A stretch of 63,328 nucleotides of DNA, counting the filler, from Reticulomyxa filosa (lineage: Eukaryota > Protista > Foraminifera): assembly GCA_000512085.1 (NCBI GenBank). It is 23 parts of 23 records of this genome, joined end to end, with 100 filler letters (N's around TTAATTAATTAA, not from the genome) between each part and the next. Parts side by side here need not be neighbours in the genome. Positions count along the whole stretch, not along the records: positions 34,880 to 36,611 come from ASPP01021563.1; positions 36,712 to 38,142 come from ASPP01033340.1; positions 38,243 to 40,406 come from ASPP01017074.1; positions 40,507 to 41,618 come from ASPP01043933.1; positions 41,719 to 48,845 come from ASPP01000878.1; 18 more parts are not named here. One strand, 5' to 3'. The position numbers and the translations under genes are program-made. The notes below the pieces were generated by a model that was not told the origin of the DNA, ran no database searches, and saw nothing but the letters and a program-made list of their open reading frames with translations. Shown piece by piece: positions 35,690 to 45,938 of the stretch. Position 1 is the first letter of the stretch. Each line of letters starts with the position of its first letter.

Positions 35690-36060
35690 ATTTTTTATTG
35701 GATTTTTTGAATATTATTTCTACAATTTGTGGACACAAACTTATCATTTGTTGCAGTAAAAAGTCGTGTTACTCTTATAACACAATTAATAACGAATACA
35801 AGCTTATTTGTAATTATCCAAGTTATCTTCGATTACTTGGGCACAGTGTAATGAAACTGGTAGATGACATAATAACAACGAACACATAAATCAACTCACT
35901 TTATTATCGCTTGGTTCTTATATGTATTCAAACACTAAACATACATTGGTGATGAAATATGTAAGTGTTTGGAGTAATGACAACAATAATAAAAATGATA
36001 ATAAAAGTAATAAAATAAAAATAAAATCAAATAATCGAACAATTATAATGAATAGATCCA
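35690..36060 (+). pseudogene. Kelch-repeat family pseudogene
   Basis: KSCYSYNTINNEYKLICNYPS...LLGHSVMKLVD...TLLSLG...KHTLVMKYVSVWSND, paralogous to 52609-53540. It has stops and deletions. Confidence 0.75.
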
Positions 36061-36711
36061 TTTTAAAGACGATCAAAATGCACTTATTGATTTTTTATTG
36101 TTTTTTCAAAAGTGTTTCCAAGGAATTTTTAAAAAACTAGCTAACTAAAACAACTTATTGTCGTCGCCAAAAAAAAATCAAATTTTTGTATTTCCTTATT
36201 ATTTGGCAATAAATAAAAAATAAAACAACTTGTGTTTTGGACAGCCCAAGTGTGTATGAACAGGTGTGTTCTACGTACGTCCTTTAACTTGCACTTCTTC
36301 AGACAATTCATCTGAGAGGAACGTTTGAATTACATGCGGCCCACCATTGGCAACCAAAAATAAAATCTGTTCCTCGTCCAAATGATTTGGTGAATAGCCC
36401 CACCGGAGTTGACGCATACATCGTAACAACTATTTTTGTTTTCGTTACGTAGCTCGTTTTCTAACTTTTGGAAGAGAAGCACTTACGTATAGTTTCACAT
36501 TATTTGATTTGGTGAAAATAACGAACCGTACATTCAATAATTACTTAGCAATGGCCCAGCTTTTGACGACTTTTAGTGCAAAAAGTTTCAAATGATTTTG
36601 TTGCGCTATCTNNNNNNNNNNNNNNNNNNNNNNNNNNNNNNNNNNNNNNNNNNNNTTAATTAATTAANNNNNNNNNNNNNNNNNNNNNNNNNNNNNNNNN
36701 NNNNNNNNNNN

Positions 36712-37090
36712 TCCCAAATTGTTGTATGAAGTAGCAACATCAGGATGATCATGTCCCAATTTATCCAAACTAATTTTCAAATCTTTTTCATAATATTCAA
36801 TGGCTTTGTCATATTCTCCTTTGCTTTTATAAGCCTTTCCCAAATTGTTGTATGAAGTAGCAACATCAGGATGATCATTTCCCAATTTATCCAATTTAAT
36901 TTTCAACGATTTTTCATAATATTCAATTGCTTTGTCATACTCTCCTTTGCCATCATAAACACTTCCCAAATTGTTGTATGAAGTAGCAACGTCAGGATGA
37001 TCATGTCCCAATTTATCTAAGTAAATTTTCAATGAGTTTTCATAATATTCAATTGTTTTGTCATATTCTCCTTTGTTATAATATGCAATG
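36712..37090. repeat. 126-nt near-identical tandem TPR-coding repeats
   Basis: CCCAAATTGTTGTATGAAGTAGCAAC starts at 36713, 36839 and 36965, a period of 126 nt. Confidence 0.95.
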
Positions 37091-38142
37091 CCTAACCAGG
37101 AATAAGAATAGGCAACATGAATATGTAATGTTTGCAGTCTAACACAAAGTGCGAAACGAAATAACTGAATTGCCTGATTTAATTTTGAGATATTTAATGC
37201 ATTTTCCCCCAACTCCATTAAATTTTCTGTATCAATAGGCCAAGAGCAAGTGAAAACATGAGAAGGGAAATGGTAACGAATAGCAGATTGATTTGTTTGA
37301 ATAAGTTGTTGAGTAATATGACAATTTCCAATTCCATCAATAATACAATCAATAACATAAACACATCCATTAATTATAATGTTATCAAATGTTATTTTTT
37401 TTGAATGGAATGAACAAATAGAATATGGTCCAATAATTATTTTTTTTTTCATATATTCATTTGAATTAATCATCATTGAGAAAGGGATATCTTGTTGATG
37501 TGATTGACTATTTGACTTTGATAATCTATCAATATTTGTTGCAACAACAATAATTCCTTGTTGTTTATTATTAATCATTTCATTCACCATTTTATGTGCT
37601 TTTTTATTTGATTTATTCCATGAAGAATTTTTATCAATTTCAATATCTGATGAATAATAAGAATTACTAATATAAAGGAAAACATGTCGATCACAAGTTG
37701 TAGTTCTTTGAATAATTTGTCCTGATAATGCTTTTCGTTTAACCATTTTTGAAATTGACATTAAATTGTCATCTAATGATTTTGATGCTATAGTATTTTG
37801 TAACATAACATTATAAAAGCATTCAGCAAAATAACTTCCAATTCCTTTTTCAGGATCTTCTGAATCAAATATTAATTTTCCAGGAGTTGTTGAAAACATT
37901 ATAAAAGTATCTGATTCATTGTTACACCATTGTAAACGATTTCCTCTTTTTCGTTGTTGAGGTTGTTCATTTCCTCGACATACATTTTTAATAAATATTT
38001 TTGGTTTCTTTAAAAATACATTTGTATCACTTGTAAATAAATCTTGAATTTTTTTAAAAGGTTTATATTTATCATCATCTGATGTTATTAATGTATCACC
38101 TTCTTCTGTTGTGTTACCATGACCACACCATATAAATATTAA
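36712..38142 (-). CDS. Caspase-like protease (peptidase C14, p20 and p10 parts) fused to 42-aa TPR repeats; partial at both ends
   Basis: One open frame spans the whole contig: LIFIWCGHG (catalytic His)...KKPKIFIKNVCRG (catalytic Cys)...DTFIMFSTTPG...GSYF...QII. A linker follows, then kinesin-light-chain-type repeats HPDVATSYNNLG..Y..KGEYDKAIEYYEK.LKI. Confidence 0.88.
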
Positions 38143-38352
38143 NNNNNNNNNNNNNNNNNNNNNNNNNNNNNNNNNNNNNNNNNNNNTTAATTAATTAANN
38201 NNNNNNNNNNNNNNNNNNNNNNNNNNNNNNNNNNNNNNNNNNTTTTTTTTTGACTAAAATTTTAGTGGGCTTGAAGAAAATTTGAATGAAATGGGCAAAA
38301 ATAGACAAATAAACACATAAAACTATACAAGAAAAGCTACAAAAAAAAATAA

Positions 38353-40350
38353 TTACACTTTTTGCCCAATTCTAGTTTTGACTTGAACCAAGGTTTCCAA
38401 CTGTTGAGTACTATGTCTTACCAAGTCACTATCAAACTGAACAACGCCTTTTTGAAACAAGACCAACACAGTGGAGCCACCAAAGCGGAATTCGCCGCAG
38501 ACATCACCACGGACGACATCATGTCCCTCTTCCAAAGTCACTCCATCTTTTTGGAACAATAAATAGCTTCCGACCATGGTTGCGGCAACAGCAATAAGAA
38601 CAACTGATCCAAATCGCTCCTCACCAGTGTCAATTTCGATAATGCAGCGTTTGTTTTCAGTGAAGACATTGATTGGTTGATTAATGGCAATAGGATTGAC
38701 TGTATACAATGCACCATCTACAGGAGTAATTTTAGTAACTTTGCCACTAACAGGCCAGTGGAATCGGTGGTAGTCTTGTGGTGCCAATCGAGCAATGACA
38801 AACCCTCCACCTTCGAGATTTTTCCCAACTGCTTCATAGCGTTTTCCCAACAAGTTTTCGATGGTCCAATCGCTTCCCTTATTGTTTTTTTTTTTTTTTT
38901 TTAATCTCTCATTTGCACTCCCATGAATTATATATACATGGACAAAAACATGTACGAAGCAAACTCTCAACAACACATTATACAAAACTTTGACCCAAAT
39001 GGATGATTCAACAACATTTGGAAAAACAACCATTCGACAATCTGCAGGCGAAACGAGAACACGATCGTTATCAGGCGAGTGTAAAGGTCTCGCATCAGAG
39101 CGAATGGGCCGCGCAAAGAAATCATTAAAAGTTTTGTAGTCCTCGACTTTGGAATAGACCATAACACTCATATCGAGGTTATGCAAATCAACAAAGGGTT
39201 GAATTTCTTGGGCGGATTCGGTCGTGTCATATTCTTGTCCTTTGTCTTTGCTCATTTTAGTAAGCATCGGTGCAATCTGTTTGGCAAAGACTCGGCCCGT
39301 TGAAGAATTGTACATCAATTGCAATGCCTGCCAAACATAGCCGGGGATATTTTCTTGGATAATCAAACCCGTGCGACGATCTTTAACTTTAATAAACTTC
39401 CGTTCCTCACCGATTTGAGATTGCTCGGTCACTCCGGTCATTAAATGAGCTTCGAACCAATTCTTATGTTTCAGTTTTCGTTTCATATTTTCTTTCTTCT
39501 CTTCTTGAAACTCTTTTTGATACTTTTTCAACTCTTCATCATGTTTCAAGAAATGGAACAACGCCAATGCCAGCCAAGGACTTCGTTGGAAATGATAGTC
39601 TTTCAGCATATTTACAATCTCTTCTTTGCTCCACACCTCATTGGCATCCTCGTCAAACTTTCGGAAAAACTTTTCAGGATCTTCTGGAATATCTAATGAC
39701 AACACTAGTTTTTCAACCTCCAATTTGTCCAATTCGCCATTGCCATTCTCGTCAAAGTAGTCCACCATCGCCTCATAATAGCGGATTTGCACTTTTTCTT
39801 TCTCATGAAGCTTCACTTCCACTTGCAAGATGCCATGTTCCGGATTTGCCGTTTCTTGGGCACGTAGCTGTTGCATTTGTTTATTGGTTTGTGTTTCGTC
39901 TCTTGAATTTTGCCCTTTTCACGCACAAACGAGCAAAGAAGGGGGGGATGGAAAGAAAGGAGGTGAGGAAATGTTTTTTTTTTTTTTTTAGGAGAGAGAA
40001 GGTTGGAGAGGGGGAGGGGAGAGATTATACGTGCACAAGAAGGGTCGAAAGAAAAATGGAAGGTATGTTGTGCATGATGTGAAAACACAAAAAGAGAGAG
40101 AGAAAGGCAAGAGGGAGAAAATGAATGAATATTTTTGAAAAAAATAAAACCAAACGTTAGATGAGGACAAGGTTTTATCCAATTCGATTTGCAAAGCAGA
40201 GAGTGGGACATCCTTTTGCAAACCTCCAGAGTTTTCAAATATGGTTTTGGCGGAAAGAACACCCTGCCCAAATGCAGGGTTTTTCACATTTTCATCCATC
40301 ACTGTCAATTGCAAGTAGTGACTTTCATGGAAGTTTTGATGGACAAATAT
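38353..40350 (-). CDS. PSD2: Phosphatidylserine decarboxylase, type II (C2, EF-hand, PSD), 5'-partial
   Basis: TFNDFFAR, SPADCR, RLAPQDYHRFHWPV, VAATMVGS and the self-cleavage motif FGGST. EF-hands DENGNGELDKLE and DEDANEVWSKEE. A stop-free 111-nt intron at 38878-38988 is read through by the ORF track. Confidence 0.93.
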
Positions 40351-40365
40351 AAACGCCTTTTCATT

Positions 40366-40406
<41 letters not shown>

Positions 40407-40506
40407 NNNNNNNNNNNNNNNNNNNNNNNNNNNNNNNNNNNNNNNNNNNNTTAATTAATTAANNNNNNNNNNNNNNNNNNNNNNNNNNNNNNNNNNNNNN
40501 NNNNNN

Positions 40507-41618
40507 TGTCTTTGGACTTCTAATCCGACAAAGATTGTCTACTGTTGAATGCCATGTACGGTTATTGTATGTGCTGCACATTCATATTCACAGAAAAATA
40601 GCTCTCTAGCCCGCTGATCATTGCTTTTCAAGCCAATGAACTTAATCACTGATGTTGCTGATCGAAGTTCTTTAGATTTAATTGGAGTTATGACTATCGT
40701 TGGAATGTTTCAGTAGAATACTGTGTTCCTTTGGGCGAGGTGCTCATTTTAACTTGGATAAGTTCTTATTCTGCTAAAAAAAAAAAATACTTTTTATTAA
40801 TCCATCATTTGGTGTTTTCCTTTTCGTTGTGTTTCTTTTGATGTTATTATTATCAACATCCTTCTTGTTCTGCCATAATCTTGGGAATTTGCTAGTCTGG
40901 AATTTGAAATATGAATCCCATGATTAATTTCAATTTCAATGCCACCATGCACACAGCAGCAAATGATTTACTAGTGGCAGACATGTTCGGAAGTGTAGTT
41001 AACATGTCTGCCTTACCATTAGATCGGATGCTTGAACCAATTCTATGTGGGGTATTTTGTCCCAACATGGCTTGCAGTAGAGCCAATTGGTGTAAAGACA
41101 CCTTACCTCGACCGTCCGGATCGCCTTCACAAGCATTGTTATCAGCAAGTGGATTTCGGTTTTGCCCGATGCTCAGTAGAAATTACCAGACTCTTGTTGT
41201 TCTGCCAAACACAAAAGACTGATATTTGCCTCGAGATTGCCAATTTCCCGAAAGGCGTCGAACACCCTTAATGCTAAGCTAGTATCGATACCCTCTCACA
41301 CAAGTCGTCCGTTGCCAGTAAAAGAGTTACTATCTCAGTTACCATGAGTTTGCACTTCGTTATACTAAAGCAGCTGACGACAAGATACGCAGTAAGTTTA
41401 AAAGTACTTCCACCTCACACTAAATGCTGAACCGACAACAATTATTCAAATCCTTCTCTTGGTATGAACTTTGCTGCCTTCACAACTTTGATTTTAATAT
41501 TCAAAATATATATATGTATATCCCCCCTTATCATCACTGGCTAGCTAAAAGCCAACAGTGGGTAACAGCTTAGCGAAAGTGATTGGCAAGAATGCCAAAA
41601 TACATCTCCTCATCGCGA
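40507..41618 (-). mobile_element. LINE 5' non-coding region and deleted ORF1 remnant
   Basis: KDVDNNNIKRNTTKRKTPND resembles MDIDGNANRAKKRKLPK at 21379. The motif CACCTCGCCCAAAGGAACACAGTATTC (about 40716-40742) is shared with 1270-1298 and 43128-43157. The upstream region resembles 20800-20872. Confidence 0.7.
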
Positions 41619-42879
41619 NNNNNNNNNNNNNNNNNNNNNNNNNNNNNNNNNNNNNNNNNNNNTTAATTAATTAANNNNNNNNNNNNNNNNNNNNNNNNNN
41701 NNNNNNNNNNNNNNNNNNGACAAATATCCAGACATTGCTTCCAGATATCAATGTATTGCCCTATCGATGATATTTCATTGTTAGAGACCAAATATGGAAA
41801 CCAGATATCAGGATCAAGGTTGTCAAGGCAGCAGCGAAATTCGTTATTGATACCAAGAGAAAGATTTAAATCAATTTCAAGTTTTTCAAGACAAATTTCA
41901 ATTAAATGGAATAACTTTAATGTTTTTCTTTTAATTATTTTTGTGCGGATCTTTTGGTTGTTGTAAGAGTTTGTGATATTCTTCTTTTGTTTTTGTTTTC
42001 TTTTGAGTACTGCTCTTTAAACTTGAAAGACCTGAGTTTGTGCATGTAGATAGCAAAAAGAGTGCGAGTTGAAAATAAAGCGATAAAATAATCCAATACT
42101 TTTCAATTCTCTTCATATAGTGCCATTTAGGTATGACAGTTTTTTTCCCGGTTTCCAATACTATACATAACTTGATCATTCTTTAGTCGTTCCATCAGTA
42201 CATAATATTTTTATTCATGTTTTGTGCTTCATTGATAATATGCTTCCACTATCTTAGCTTGAATCAAATGCTATGCTCAGTTATACTGTCTTATCACTTA
42301 TGCTTGAGTATTTTCATCATTGCATTCCAAGCTTATTACACTTTAATGTGTTTATTATGATATATCACGTATGTCTCATGCAATCGCTTTATTAAAATTT
42401 GCATGTATTCGAATTGCAGATAAAGTGTAAGTGTAATGTTTATTATTTGTTATAAATAAAAAAATAAATAAATAAATAATTTAAATATCCTTCATCATCT
42501 AGATAAACTTTTGAAAAAAAAGTTGTATTTTGAAGCACAGAGCAACTAGATATTGCAACATCTAGCAGTATCTGAAAGAAGTTCGAAGTTAATCTTCGAT
42601 TATCAGCAACGATTTTCGTCTTCAACAAGATTGAGGTGAAAACAGAAACAAAGACAAAACACAAAGAAAATAAACTTTTCAAACTAATAAGAAAAAATTT
42701 TTCAATTAGTAAAATTTTTTTCGTAGATAAAAAAAAATGTTTATACTAAGCGTTGAAACAGAACTTTCCATTGAATAATTGCAATTAAACATTCACACAA
42801 TTGATTATTTTAAGTATTAAATTTTAATTTTTGTTTTAGTTTTTTCTAATTGTTAAAAGAATCGAATTGAATATCAATA

Positions 42880-43170
42880 TTTTATTAGACTTCAGAGAAT
42901 TCAGTTTAGCAACACTACTATAATTCCCACTGACCTCCATAGTGAATAGCCAAATTGTTTTAACAGCCGTTGATTGATCTCAACCTTCATCTTTGAAATT
43001 TACTTTGCTCTTTTGATATTTTTAATTTAATTAAGACTTTAAATTGATATTTTTACTTGTTGTGTTGACTGTGAGTTAGTTTTAACAAATTTTGTAGATC
43101 TTTTCCTTTGCTTTTTGTTTTTATTTGAATACTGTGCTCCTTTTGGGACGAAGTGCTCTTTAACTAGGAT
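42880..43170 (-). mobile_element. LINE fragment (probable ORF1/ORF2 junction)
   Basis: GAGTTAGTTTTAACAAATTTTGTA is identical to 1231-1254, and the adjacent ACTGTGCTCCTTTTGGGACGA motif is shared. Confidence 0.6.
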
Positions 43171-44260
43171 TAGCTATTTGCTATATTTCTACTTGCAACG
43201 ACAGTGATTTAATCGTGTTGAGAAAATCTAGTTTTTTTTTCACATTGTATTAGTCTGAAAAAGTGAAATTGCGGTTCACTCAATTGTATATTTGATTCAA
43301 TATGATTGCTTTGTCAACGTCACTTGCGCATTCTCCTGTCAAAATATACATAATTTGTATATATCCTTCAAATTTTTCGATAGCACGATTAATTTACAAT
43401 GCTTTTAAAATAAATACATTTACACGTAAACTCGTACAATAAAACAAAAAATCTTTTCAAAAATTTTTACTATGCATTCTCTTTCTAAAAAAAAATCGTC
43501 ACAAAAAGTTAATCTATGTATTAATAATATTATGTTTGTAAAAGGTTAGCCAAAATAGCTATTTTTCGGTATTTATTTACATTTGCAAAAAATTTTGTGC
43601 ATTTTCTCATTTTTTTTGTTTGTTCAAAATAAAAACCTGCATTTTTATCCTGAAATCAAAGTTATTCTTGCAATCCCAATTGTTAATTACATAAATTGAA
43701 CAGCATAGTTGCTTTGTTCAATTTAGACTGTTTTATCTAACACGCGAATCGTCGTTACGTCCAGTCCAGTGTTGAAACACTCAAATCATCGCATTACTGA
43801 CTCTTCACATCTTCGCCACAACTTCCATCTAGTACTAGTATCTCGTCAACAGATTGGGACGTCATTGTGTTAACGCTGCTTTTTTAAAAAAAATAGTTTT
43901 TTTTTGCAAAAGTGCTCTTTTTTTTGTGCAATGTTTTATGTACATGTTGCAAATTTATTAAAGGACAACAACGTTATAACAGTTCCAAACTGCCAAAGTA
44001 TTTTCTCTTCTTTGCAACAAAAAACGTTACATAAAATTAAATTATAACAAACACTGTCTTCATGCGAGTACATTCGGTATGACCGAATTTTATGTCTGTC
44101 ACATTTGATTTTCAATCTCATTTGATAGATGTCAACAACGTGAGTAATTGATTCGAATAATCAAAGAAAAAAGAAAAAACATTTACAAAAAAATTTAAAT
44201 AAATTAATAAATAAAACTAGTCAAAGATAAGCAAGTTTCTAAAATGAGCAAAACATCATA

Positions 44261-44918
44261 TCAATTGATGAAAGTGCTATTCTTTGTCATGATATTATAA
44301 AATTCGTCAGCAGTGACATAGCCTTTCCCTTCCATGTCAACTTTTTCAATCATTTCTTTCAATTCTTCATCGGTCATATCTTCACCTAATTCCATTGCTA
44401 CTCTTTTCAAGTCTTCCAAATCGATATTCCCTTTACTCTGATGATCAAATAATTGAAAAACTCGCATTATGTCTTCTTTCGGGCTATTTTCATTCATTTT
44501 TCCAGTCATTAAATCCAAAAATTCTTCAAATTCTATTCGTTCGTTATTCATTTTGTCCAATTTATCCAGTATTTGTTGCATCATTTTGTTTTTCCGATCA
44601 TTGCTTATACTTGTTATTGCATGTTTTAACTCGCTTACTTCCAACGACCCTGTTTTCTGGGTATCAAACAGCTCAAAGGTTTCTCGTAACTGTGATAGCA
44701 CAAGTCAATTCAATTTTTTTAAGTAGTTGTTACTTAATAATTTTATTAGTTTGTTTTCGTACCTCCGCTATTTCATCTTGGGAGACTCCTGGTCGGTGAT
44801 ATTTCTTTTCTTGCAGTTGTTTTTTTTGGACACGTAGAGTCTAACAATATTTTTTTAAAACGCGTCATATCCCTGATTTCCTGGCAAATCAATAAATCTC
44901 AAACAAATTACATACCAT
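44261..44918 (-). CDS. CETN: Centrin (divergent, ICL1-like), three exons
   Basis: ATG is followed immediately by an intron (ATG|GTATGT). Then TLRVQKKQLQEKKYHRPGVSQDEIAE|LRETFELFDT...DLKRVAMELGEDMTDEELKEMIEKVD...EFYNIMTK, with four EF-hand scaffolds. Confidence 0.92.
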
Positions 44919-45938
44919 TCTAGCACAAAGATTGTGTTTTTTTTAGAAATAATCCCCTTTGTTTTTGAAACTCGAGAAAAACTGACGTCACGGCATCTTC
45001 AGTACGAGTATAACGTTATTTTTAATTATTTCAACTTTTCTTATTTTGAATGTAGCAAATTTTATTAAAAACGGAACATCCTTAAAAAAACAGTCAAACA
45101 TAAAAAACAAAATTCACAAAAAATTTAAAAATAGCTTTTTCTATAAAAAATAAAGCACAAAACTGCTTGTTCAAAAAATAATTTAAATTTTTGAAAATTT
45201 GATTTTTAATCGAGAAATATATCAATGGACTGGAAGAATTGTAGTCTTTTTGTTTAATTTCAGATCTTTGGTTTCAACTTTGTCTGCTTTGTTTATCATA
45301 GTAATGGATTACATAATTAGCTATACTTTCTAATGAGCCAATAATGTTTGTGATATTACCAGTAGACCAAATCAGAGTTGTGTGTTCTTTTAATATATTT
45401 GCATAAGTTTTGACAAATAATTTTTACTCGCTGTTCATAAGTAGAAAGATATGAGTGTTCGAAGTAAAGGGCTCCCAAATCAGCACAAACTTCCCAATCA
45501 AGTAATTTATGAAATATAGGACACTGCCATTGCATAACGAATATGATAGGATGGAGGCAGAATGAGATGTGAATAAACAAGATCTTATAGTACCTAAGAT
45601 ATATCAAGGACCAATCAGTGAAAAAGGAATAACCGAAGCCTTGAGACAATGAATTTGTTTTTTTATCTTGTCAGTGCAATAAGGGATGACTCAACCAATT
45701 CACACAAAACATTAAAATGAAATGACGGAAAAAAGACTAAAACTAAAAACAAATGCTACTTCCAAGACAAAAAAACCAAACCATGCAAAAATTACAACCA
45801 GAATAAAAGGAAAGAGTAGTTCCTTTGAAACATTGCCAACACAAAAACAGTAAGAAATACTAGCATGGACGTATATTATATATTATAAAAAATAAACCAT
45901 TGATAATTTGTGAGAAACAAACAATCAACGCAAAGAAT

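Noticed and set aside
36712-38142. Bacterial contaminant origin of the intronless caspase-TPR contig
   Set aside because: Its very low GC matches the host expanded families, and a homologous remnant at 20640 is interrupted by a host LINE. Ancient horizontal transfer is not excluded.
38878-38988. Hydrophobic plus poly-Lys insertion in PSD
   Set aside because: It is a stop-free, in-frame 111-nt GT-AG intron.
41533-41583. HDV-like ribozyme on the + strand (ATCACT/AGTGAT as P2, GGC/GCC as P3, GGGTAAC...GCGAA)
   Set aside because: No upstream P1 partner for AACAGT was found, L3 lacks the CC needed for P1.1, and the orientation is antisense to the LINE.
40507-41618. rRNA or snoRNA gene
   Set aside because: No universal rRNA motifs or paired C/D boxes were found. 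Homology to the LINE copy at 20793 explains the region.
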